A program made the translations under genes and the position numbers. Of a stretch of 35,379 bases of DNA, positions 8,927-17,022 are shown piece by piece. How positions within the stretch are numbered: the stretch's first letter is position 1; the number at the start of each line of letters is the position of its first letter. This stretch comes from a candidate division WWE3 bacterium CG22_combo_CG10-13_8_21_14_all_39_12 (GTDB lineage Bacteria; Patescibacteriota; 4484-211; GCA-002791395). The DNA lies in assembly GCA_002771355.1 (NCBI GenBank), contig PCSU01000039.1:1-35379 (forward strand). Reading direction: 5' to 3'. Under the pieces are notes generated by a model. That model was not told where the DNA came from. It saw only the letters and a list, made by a program, of their open reading frames with translations, and did not search any database.

Positions 8927-10912
8927 TTAATATTTCTTAACAACCACGAATCCAGCCCCCATAAGAATCATCATCACCAAGGCAGATACTGCTGTTGTTT
9001 CAACCGTTCCACTACTAGGAAGCGTACCTGGTGTTGGGGTAGCCGTTGCAGGACCAACGGTTGGTGTAGGAGTCGCAGTTTGAACACCAATTGCAAACGG
9101 TGACAGTGATCCTGGTGCTCCACAAATTGAATTGTCGCCACTATTTACATACGTTGTAACATCTGACCAGGTGCTGTCTTTATAGTGAAACATCCGTAAC
9201 TGAGTTTCTACCAGCGACTCGTTCGTAACCTGAGCTTCCGTATAAGGCAAACACACCGTCATGGTTTCACAAACAAGCCCAGTACTCGATAAATCATAGT
9301 TGGTTTTCAAAAATGTTTGATACGACTGCTTTTGCCCCGGTGGCGACTGAAATACTTTTACGGTGACGGTACCTGCAGTCGAAACGGATTCACATCGAAC
9401 TGTCACCGTCCCCACCGTTGTAGAGATAGAAATCTCACTTGGTGATGAGGTGTTCACACTAAAAGACCCCGTAGCAATTTCAGGAATAGGGGTTGGGGTT
9501 GGGGTTGAAGTGGGTGCTGATGTTGGTGTTGCTGTTGGTGTTGGGGTAGCAAGAACCGCATCCTTTTCGTACACGAACACATCGCCAAATCCGTTGGTAT
9601 CATTGGTAACCGCATTTGTGGCATATGAATAAAACGCAATGAATGTTCCCGTTCTGGTAATGACTGGATAATAGCTCACGTGGTTAAACTGAGTCCCATC
9701 AAGATTTTCACTTACGCGTGTTGTTATATTAGACTGACGGTCGTGCATAAAAACATCAATATACCCATTGGTATCTGAGGCAACAAGATTTGTTGCAGCT
9801 GAACGAAATACAACATATGTTCCATCCTCACTCAGTGAAATATTCGGGTAGTCTACACTTCCACCACTTGACCCGTTTGACTGAGTTCCCCCACTCGCTA
9901 CACTCACCCGTGAAATGGTGTTTGTCACCGTATCATACACAAACACATCACCAACCAAGTTGGTATCAGCACTACTTGCCAAAAGGTTTGTAGCATCTGA
10001 TTCGAATGCGACATATCTACCATTAGCAGAAATTGTTGGGAAATAACTTCTTTCATTTCCCTGAGTACCACTATTTGCTTTGCTAACTAGTATTGTGGTA
10101 TCGGTATCAACATTGTAGTAAAAAATATCGCTGTACCCATTCGTGTCCGAAGCCACCACATTGGTAGCGACCGAAGAATAGGCTATTCTTCTTCCATCCG
10201 CACTTACGGCTGGGTTCATACTATTTCCATCTGTCGGGGCATCTAAAGTATCTTTACTAATTTGCGAGATTGAATCTAGGGTAACGTCATACATCACAAT
10301 GTCTGTTTTTGCATTGGTGTCGGAGGCAAACAAATCAGAAGCATCAGTTTGAAACACAATGTAGTCTCCATTTTCATCAATCACCGGATTAAAACTATGC
10401 CCATTTGCATTTCCACCGGCTGTAACATTACTAATACGTGTCATCGTTCCGGTAGAAATTTCATATCTAAAAATATCAGCTGCATCATTGGTGTCTGCAT
10501 CCGACGTTAAATTTGTGGCATAGGAATGAAACACAACCCATTTTCCATCGGAGCTTATAACTGGCGCATCAGAATCTCCATTTGACTGAGTACTACTTAC
10601 TCCAGAACTCACGAGAATGGTTGTATCGTCTAGACGGTTATGTAAGAAAATATCTTTTGCAAGATTCGTATCACCAGTAACCAGATTGGTCGCCGAAGAA
10701 GCAAATGTAACCTGTACCCCATCAGCGCTAATCGAGCTTTTTGTAGATGCACCATTAGCCTCAACTCCTCCTGTAGATACGCTTGCACGAGTGAATCTTA
10801 CGGTACTAACAGATGAAACAGATGAATATGAAAACAATAAAAAGATACCAATAACAAAAAATAATGACGGGGCAAGTTTTCTTAGTCGACGAGCGGTAAA
10901 TTGGTTGTTCAT
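8927..10912 (-). CDS. Secreted TolB/PD40-like beta-propeller surface protein with P/T linkers and C-terminal LPSSG-TM-KK anchor
   Basis: Signal peptide; repeated (P/S)xISxDGxxVxFxSxAxNL..DTNxxxD(I/V)F blades; PTPTATPT linkers; C-terminus LPSSG + hydrophobic helix + KKY. Confidence 0.85.
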   Translation of the reverse strand: MNNQFTARRLRKLAPSLFFVIGIFLLFSYSSVSSVSTVRFTRASVSTGGVEANGASTKSSISADGVQVTFASSATNLVTGDTNLAKDIFLHNRLDDTTILVSSGVSSTQSNGDSDAPVISSDGKWVVFHSYATNLTSDADTNDAADIFRYEISTGTMTRISNVTAGGNANGHSFNPVIDENGDYIVFQTDASDLFASDTNAKTDIVMYDVTLDSISQISKDTLDAPTDGNSMNPAVSADGRRIAYSSVATNVVASDTNGYSDIFYYNVDTDTTILVSKANSGTQGNERSYFPTISANGRYVAFESDATNLLASSADTNLVGDVFVYDTVTNTISRVSVASGGTQSNGSSGGSVDYPNISLSEDGTYVVFRSAATNLVASDTNGYIDVFMHDRQSNITTRVSENLDGTQFNHVSYYPVITRTGTFIAFYSYATNAVTNDTNGFGDVFVYEKDAVLATPTPTATPTSAPTSTPTPTPIPEIATGSFSVNTSSPSEISISTTVGTVTVRCESVSTAGTVTVKVFQSPPGQKQSYQTFLKTNYDLSSTGLVCETMTVCLPYTEAQVTNESLVETQLRMFHYKDSTWSDVTTYVNSGDNSICGAPGSLSPFAIGVQTATPTPTVGPATATPTPGTLPSSGTVETTAVSALVMMILMGAGFVVVKKY

Positions 10913-10962
10913 AGCTTAACTACAGGTTACACGAGAATAATTCATGGGTCAATGAATAATTG

Positions 10963-11031
10963 CATACACAACTCTACTGCCCATCACACCAATACATAAA
11001 AGATTGCATGAGCAGTAGCAGTGGTTGATGT
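10963..11031 (-). other. Long RNA hairpin downstream of the 24-aa peptide gene (terminator or processing stem)
   Basis: Minus-strand CUACUGCUCAU (11018-11008) pairs with AUGGGCAGUAG (10984-10974) with one G-U; extended by CAAC/GUUG. Confidence 0.5.
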
Positions 11032-11038
11032 AATCTCA

Positions 11039-11113
11039 CTACTTTTTTTTCTTTGCAGTCTTTTTCTTTGGAGCAGCTTTCTTTACTACTTTCTTAACTT
11101 TTTTTGCGGGCAT
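11039..11113 (-). CDS. 24-aa lysine-rich histone-H1-like peptide MPAKKVKKVVKKAAPKKKTAKKKK (not in ORF track)
   Basis: Hand-translated. SD GAAAGGTGGTGA 5 nt before ATG; TTGTAT-N17-CATAAT upstream; hairpin downstream. Confidence 0.8.
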   Translation of the reverse strand: MPAKKVKKVVKKAAPKKKTAKKKK

Positions 11114-11148
11114 GTGTATCACCACCTTTCGATGTGGGTAATGTAATT

Positions 11149-11177
11149 ATTATGAATAGATTAGAAAAAATATACAA
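11149..11177 (-). promoter_or_regulatory. Putative sigma70 promoter of the 24-aa peptide gene
   Basis: TTGTAT (11177-11172), 17 nt spacer, CATAAT (11154-11149). Confidence 0.5.
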
Positions 11178-11274
11178 GTGGTAATTGATATAAATTCAAG
11201 ACCATTTACTCTAACATTCCCACAAATTCAAGTAGCCCTTCTTAAATCTCAAATGAAACAACTTAATACAACTA

Positions 11275-11685
11275 TCACAGATATGATTTAACTTTATCTA
11301 TTGATGACAAAATACTCTTATCTATTATCAGTTTACGGGCCTCATCAAGGGTTGCCCACTTGAAATCAATTTGTTCTGACTCGTCAAGTACAACTTCGCC
11401 TAACAAATATCCACATACAAAGCTTACCCCAAGATGCTCATCGTTATCTGGAGCACGATAGAAATGAAATGTGTTAACTGGGGCAATTACTTTTACTTTC
11501 AATTGTACTTCTTCCATAACCTCCCGATGAAGCGCATCCTCAAACGATTCGTTTTGCTCCACCCGACCGGTAAGAATTTCCCATTCCCCCGGAGCATGCT
11601 TACGTTCAAATGAACGCTTTGTAATAAGAATTTTCCCATCTTTGATGATCGCTGCTTCAATTGCAACATTAAATACCCCGGGCAT
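11275..11685 (-). CDS. NUDIX hydrolase
   Basis: Nudix box GRVEQNESFEDALHREVMEEVQL. Confidence 0.92.
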   Translation of the reverse strand: MPGVFNVAIEAAIIKDGKILITKRSFERKHAPGEWEILTGRVEQNESFEDALHREVMEEVQLKVKVIAPVNTFHFYRAPDNDEHLGVSFVCGYLLGEVVLDESEQIDFKWATLDEARKLIIDKSILSSIDKVKSYL

Positions 11686-11744
11686 AAAGACATAATACTA
11701 CACAAAACCTTGCCCATCACCCTACGATATAATACAGAAATACT

Positions 11745-12977
11745 ATGGCGCATGAAGACAATAAAAAGTGGTTCTACCTTATCCTTGCGCTCGGTGGATT
11801 GACCATCGCCCGCGGGTTTTATTTTCCCATCGCATGGCCAGTCACCAACTACACACTCTCTTACAGTTTTGGGTTCATTCGAAGAGGACTTGTTGGAAGC
11901 ATAACAACTTTTTTATTAGGCGACGTTGCTTACACGTATCAATTTATTTATGTTCTGTCATTTTTAGTTTTTGGAACATTAGTTTTCTTACTGTTTTACC
12001 TTTCTTATAAATCATTACAAAGTCATAATATTCAAATTATTGTTTTACTTACGTTTTTTTCATCACCCGGGCTCGTATTTTTAGCAAACTCTATTGGATT
12101 TTTTGATCATATTGGACTTGTAGTCTCAATGATATTCATTCTTTATATCGGAAAGATTACATCAATATTTAAACCTATTACTACGTTTTTAATTACACTT
12201 TGTATTGGGTTTATTCTTATCCTTACTCACGAAGGGCTTGCTGTTCTTGTCGGACCCCTCATACTTTTTGCATTATTTTTTAGTTACCTCACATCGCCAC
12301 AATTTATGCCAAAACAATTCATCCCTTTGCTAACAGCAACAGCTTTGCTAGGAATCATTTTTCTCTTATTTTCTTTTACCGTGACAAAGTATGGAACAAT
12401 TACGCCTGAAACAAAAACCCTCCTTGAAGAGCATATTGCCAGTAAAGTTAACTTTGATTTCTCTCACATTTCAACAAACTCTATTAGTATTTCAACTGGT
12501 ATGACCCTCGGATATATGTACAAATTCTGGGATCATTTGGCCCAAATTAGAGTCTTATTTACAACAATTCTCATAGCACTACCTTCCCTGATTGTTATGT
12601 TTTACGTTGGAATTGGTTTAATCATGTCATCAACTCTTTCCCATAAAAACATACTCCTATTCGGATACCTATTCTCATCACTTGCACCTTTTGCAATGAA
12701 TATTGGTGGAACTGACATCCAAAGATGGAGCATGTTTGCTATCGTTACAACCTTTATTGCAACAATAATTATCAGCCGTCTTTCCAACCTAAAAGAAATA
12801 ACAAGTCCCGTAATTCCCATTCAGGTTACCATCCTTATCGTTGCACTAAATATGATGACTATGAACTATTTAATAAACGACCGTGAAATCCACACGTTCC
12901 CATTCTTAAATGTAGTTAACTATATTGGAGATATTCGATTTGGAGATCAACAATTTCCACCTATTCCGGTTGAATAG
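11745..12977 (+). CDS. Polytopic membrane protein, possibly GT-C-fold glycosyltransferase-like
   Basis: About 10-11 TM helices; loop motifs YSFGFIRRGLVG, GFFDH, HEG, TDIQRW. Function is inferred only. Confidence 0.65.
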   Translation: MAHEDNKKWFYLILALGGLTIARGFYFPIAWPVTNYTLSYSFGFIRRGLVGSITTFLLGDVAYTYQFIYVLSFLVFGTLVFLLFYLSYKSLQSHNIQIIVLLTFFSSPGLVFLANSIGFFDHIGLVVSMIFILYIGKITSIFKPITTFLITLCIGFILILTHEGLAVLVGPLILFALFFSYLTSPQFMPKQFIPLLTATALLGIIFLLFSFTVTKYGTITPETKTLLEEHIASKVNFDFSHISTNSISISTGMTLGYMYKFWDHLAQIRVLFTTILIALPSLIVMFYVGIGLIMSSTLSHKNILLFGYLFSSLAPFAMNIGGTDIQRWSMFAIVTTFIATIIISRLSNLKEITSPVIPIQVTILIVALNMMTMNYLINDREIHTFPFLNVVNYIGDIRFGDQQFPPIPVE

Positions 12978-13794
12978 GTGTACTGAGTTCATCTGGCACA
13001 ACTAAATCTACTGCACTTAAAGTATCATCGACTTTAGTTTGTGGTTTATAACGTACAAGCGAAAATGTTCCTTTGATTGAGGCATACAAACCCCAAAGCA
13101 TTGGTCCCCATACAACAAAATATGTCCCTGACATAAATTCGTACGTTACATATGTAATCAAGCTACCTCCCAATACCCACAATCCTCCCGTACGAATTTC
13201 TTTTTGCAAAACTTTTCGACCTTCATCTTTTGTTTTATATAAAAGAACCTGGGCAATAATAATGATTAATAACCCAACAACAATACCTACAATATATAAA
13301 TTTCTCTCAAATAGATAATCGTCTATGGATGAATTTATTGCCGTTGCTAATGATCCTGTATAGATTTCATATCCTGCATCCAACCGATCAACACCGTTTC
13401 CCCATGTGCTCACTAATTCATCTTCTGACAACGTCTCGTCTTGGGTCATAAGTAAATCGACCCCTTCTGTCATAGCCAAAGAGGCGTCGCGTGCTAATTC
13501 CAAAACTTCTTTTGACGAATCATCTAAATCACTCTCAAATACAAAAAGACCATATTCATATATGCCTCGAGATGTTTCAAATTCAGAATAATTGTCGTAT
13601 AAAATCGCAAGTTCAGAATCATAATCGTCAGATTCAACAAATGCGAGAGCCTGATCAATAATTTCGTAATCTAAATTGATTCGCACAACAGCTTCATCAA
13701 AATACTCTTCAACCGTCTGAGCAAAAACTGGAATAGTTGAAATAGAAAAAATGCCTACAACAAAACCCAAAACCACCAAACTACGCTTAATCAT
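12961..13794 (-). CDS. Hypothetical protein: signal peptide, acidic helical ectodomain, 3 C-terminal TMs
   Basis: Signal peptide ending VFA|Q; TGCTACAAT extended -10 box 6 nt before ATG. Confidence 0.75.
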   Translation of the reverse strand: MIKRSLVVLGFVVGIFSISTIPVFAQTVEEYFDEAVVRINLDYEIIDQALAFVESDDYDSELAILYDNYSEFETSRGIYEYGLFVFESDLDDSSKEVLELARDASLAMTEGVDLLMTQDETLSEDELVSTWGNGVDRLDAGYEIYTGSLATAINSSIDDYLFERNLYIVGIVVGLLIIIIAQVLLYKTKDEGRKVLQKEIRTGGLWVLGGSLITYVTYEFMSGTYFVVWGPMLWGLYASIKGTFSLVRYKPQTKVDDTLSAVDLVVPDELSTPIQPE

Positions 13795-13836
13795 GGCGAT
13801 ATTGTAGCATGTTCATACGAAAGATTATGTAAGACA

Positions 13837-16548
13837 CTAGTGCGTAGATAATTGTTGTTTATGCTCTGGGGTATTCTTTAACCCACAATTTTTATACTTT
13901 TTACCTGAACCACAAGGGCATGGATCGTTACGATTTATATTCTCATCTTCAGATTTTACGACTGGCTGTTGAGGTTCCTGCTGAGTTGGAGAATTCGTCC
14001 TAGCAGATTCTGCTGGAATTCGTTTTGCAGAGGAGGTTTTATTCATTTGAAACTGACCTAATGTTTGGTGCTGTCCTTTTGCATCCTCAACAATACGACC
14101 CACACTTCCAAGTTGGGGAATATCATCATTTACCTCAACCTTAATGTGCTTAAACCGTTGAATAATTTCGAAATCAATTTCACTAATTAACCGTTCAAAC
14201 ATCGCATACCCTTCGTTCTTAAACTCAACCAATGGATCTCTTTGACCATAACCCCGTAAACCAACCCCAGCCCTTAATTCATCTAAAGCATCAATATGAT
14301 CCATCCACAACCTATCAATACTAGTTAAAAATACATACCGAACTAATTGGTTATACCGTTCCTCCCCTAATTTTTCTTTTTCATTTTGTATTTGATTTAT
14401 AAACTCTTCAACCTCACTTGAATCAACTTCTTCTTCGAATTCATCATGATCATGGGTTACTACCAAAACCTTTTTGGCCTTTTGCAAAAGTTCATTGTGC
14501 AATTGACTCGAATCTTTTCCTAGTTGATCTTTTTCACCCATCTCTAATAAACGCCTACGACGTGCATAAATAATCTCCCGCTGTTTATTAATGACATCGT
14601 CATACTCAACTAAGTGTTTTCTAATATCAAAGTTATACCCCTCTACCTTTTGCTGAGAACCTTCAATTGTTTTGGAAATCATTCCACTTTCAATAGGCAT
14701 ATCATCAGGAATATTTAGCCTATTCATAATCCCAGCCATACGGTCTCCTCCAAAAATACGCATGAGGTTGTCATCCATAGCAACGTAAAATCGCGATATT
14801 CCTGGATCACCTTGTCTGCCTGCTCGACCTCGTAACTGATTATCAATGCGCCTTGCCTCATGACGTTCCGTTCCAATCACATACAACCCACCTGCTTCTT
14901 TTACACCATCACCTAGCTTAATATCGGTTCCGCGACCTGCCATGTTGGTCGCAACAGTAACCGATCTCTTTTGTCCTGCATCAGCAATAATATCTGCCTC
15001 ACGTGCATGGTTTTTTGCGTTTAATACTTCATGTGTAATGCCTCTACGTTTAAGTAGCTGACTCACTAATTCATTATTTTCAACTGAAGTGGTACCTACT
15101 AATATTGGCTGACCTTGGCTTGAGACAGTCTCAATATCATCAACAATTGCTTTCCATTTTGCACGCTGAGTTTTAAAAATTCGATCTGGGTGATCAATAC
15201 GAGCTGTTGGTCTATGAGTAGGAACTGATACAGAGTCCAGTTGGTAGATTTTGTGGAACTCCTCAGCTTCAGTCACAATTGTTGCACTCATACCGGCAAG
15301 TTTTTCATATAACCTAAAATAATTTTGAAAGGTTACCGTTGCAACTGTCTTACTTTCTTTTTGGATTGCAACGTTTTCCTTTGCCTCAAGCGCTTGGTGT
15401 AGTCCTTCAGAAAATCGACGACCTTCCATGAGTCGACCAGTAAATTCATCAACTATATGAACTTGTCCGTCCTGAACTACATAGGCAATATCTTTAATGT
15501 ATGCGTACTGGGCCTTGAGTGATTGTTCCAAATGATGCGCCAATGTAAAATCATCAAACAAGTTTGTAATTCCTAGCCAATTTTCAATTTTTTTAACGCC
15601 AAGGTCGGTTAGAATTACTTGTTTTGCTTTTTCATCAAGTTCAAAATCGCCCGGATTAAGCCGTTTTACAAGAGATGCAAATTTAACATACAGTTCATTC
15701 GACTCCTCAGCAGGTTGCGAAATAATAAGAGGTGTGCGTGCCTCATCAATAAGAATCGAGTCTACCTCGTCAACAATGGTGAAATGATGAACCCCAACCT
15801 CCCCAACAGGATTGGTTTGAACCATATTTTCAAATGAATGAGCCATGTTGTCTCTTAAATAGTCAAACCCAAACTCATTGTTTGTTCCATACGTAACATC
15901 AGCAGCATATGCCTCTCTCCTTGATACCGGACGCATATATTTCCCATCACCAAAGGCATACTCTTTTGCGTTTGGTGTTTGATCAATTGCTTCTTCTGGT
16001 GTTAGGGAAAATAAGAATGATTGTTGATTATTATTAATACAACCAATGGTAAGTCCAAGCCTTGCATATACAAAACCCATCCACTCAGCGTCACGTTTAG
16101 CTAAATAGTCGTTGACGGTAACCAAATGTGCACCGCGACCAGTTAATGCGTTAAGATACATTGGGTGGACAGCAGCATGGGTTTTTCCTTCACCTGTTTT
16201 TTGTTCAGCAGCATATCCTCTGTGAAGTAAAATCCCTACCATTATTTGCTCATCGTATGACCGCTCACCGTAGGTTCGTTTGAAAACCTCGCGAACAAGA
16301 GCAAAAGCCTCTGGTACGATTTCATCTAAAATAGCCCGTTCATGCTGAATAAGAGAATCATGTAGCCCATCATCTTTATCCATTTGTTCACGAATTTTTT
16401 GTTTTAAAGACTTTGAATACTCCAGTAACTCTATATCAGACTTAACCTCAAATTCTTGTTCATAAGAATTTATATTTACTATCGTTGGATTAAGTGAATC
16501 TATCGTGCGCTGATTAGCATCAAAAACACGACGTAATATACCTAACAT
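13837..16548 (-). CDS. secA: Preprotein translocase ATPase SecA
   Basis: KTGEGKT, VTVNDYLAKRD, IVDEVDSILIDEARTPLIIS, ATNMAGRGTDI, QLRGRAGRQGDPG, and C-terminal SEC-C motif NDPCPCGSGKKYKNC. Confidence 0.98.
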   Translation of the reverse strand: MLGILRRVFDANQRTIDSLNPTIVNINSYEQEFEVKSDIELLEYSKSLKQKIREQMDKDDGLHDSLIQHERAILDEIVPEAFALVREVFKRTYGERSYDEQIMVGILLHRGYAAEQKTGEGKTHAAVHPMYLNALTGRGAHLVTVNDYLAKRDAEWMGFVYARLGLTIGCINNNQQSFLFSLTPEEAIDQTPNAKEYAFGDGKYMRPVSRREAYAADVTYGTNNEFGFDYLRDNMAHSFENMVQTNPVGEVGVHHFTIVDEVDSILIDEARTPLIISQPAEESNELYVKFASLVKRLNPGDFELDEKAKQVILTDLGVKKIENWLGITNLFDDFTLAHHLEQSLKAQYAYIKDIAYVVQDGQVHIVDEFTGRLMEGRRFSEGLHQALEAKENVAIQKESKTVATVTFQNYFRLYEKLAGMSATIVTEAEEFHKIYQLDSVSVPTHRPTARIDHPDRIFKTQRAKWKAIVDDIETVSSQGQPILVGTTSVENNELVSQLLKRRGITHEVLNAKNHAREADIIADAGQKRSVTVATNMAGRGTDIKLGDGVKEAGGLYVIGTERHEARRIDNQLRGRAGRQGDPGISRFYVAMDDNLMRIFGGDRMAGIMNRLNIPDDMPIESGMISKTIEGSQQKVEGYNFDIRKHLVEYDDVINKQREIIYARRRRLLEMGEKDQLGKDSSQLHNELLQKAKKVLVVTHDHDEFEEEVDSSEVEEFINQIQNEKEKLGEERYNQLVRYVFLTSIDRLWMDHIDALDELRAGVGLRGYGQRDPLVEFKNEGYAMFERLISEIDFEIIQRFKHIKVEVNDDIPQLGSVGRIVEDAKGQHQTLGQFQMNKTSSAKRIPAESARTNSPTQQEPQQPVVKSEDENINRNDPCPCGSGKKYKNCGLKNTPEHKQQLSTH

Positions 16549-16568
16549 GTCGAGTGTATTGTAACATG

Positions 16569-16612
16569 AAAAAACGTGAGGCTAGAGAAGTTTTTTACCT
16601 TCCCTAGCCTCA
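16569..16612 (-). terminator. Intrinsic terminator after the zinc-finger ORF
   Basis: Minus strand UGAGGCUAGGGAAG / CUUCUCUAGCCUCA 14-bp stem (one G-U), followed by CG and U6. Confidence 0.75.
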
Positions 16613-16631
16613 GTATTTGTGATCTTCACCT

Positions 16632-16874
16632 TCAAATGGAACTCGTTTCTGGGTCCTTGTGGACTCCTCTTTTTCGAGAATACCCGATCAAACAACTTGG
16701 GCAAACCTGCTCGTCAATCCCAAAGAGCTTCCCGCATGATAGACACCTGTTTTGTGTATACACACGGGTGAATCTACGTGGATAAGACCTTTGTCTCATT
16801 CGTGACCCCTTTCGGAAACGGTTCCTCCAGAAACCCAAGCGAGTTAACTCTCGTTTTCCGGAGACATGTAACAT
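16632..16874 (-). CDS. Small Arg-rich protein with CxxC-x10-CxxC zinc ribbon
   Basis: CLSC...CPSC; SD GAAAGGGGG before ATG; TATAAT at 16931-16926; terminator downstream. Confidence 0.65.
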   Translation of the reverse strand: MLHVSGKRELTRLGFWRNRFRKGSRMRQRSYPRRFTRVYTQNRCLSCGKLFGIDEQVCPSCLIGYSRKRGVHKDPETSSI

Positions 16875-17022
16875 TTCAGCCCCCTTTCATGTTTTAAACC
16901 TTTAAACGTACCTCCACAAAATGTCATTATACTATAACGTATTTGATTTTAGCTCTACACATAAGCCTTTCTATAAAACATTTTGACAATCACACCAAAC
17001 CCACTTATTATTGGATAAAGAA

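Noticed and set aside
9363..9632. Antisense ORF with GVGVGV repeats, and other short shadow ORFs in the track
   Set aside because: They are reverse-strand or alternate-frame shadows of well-supported genes (here the P/T linker codons).
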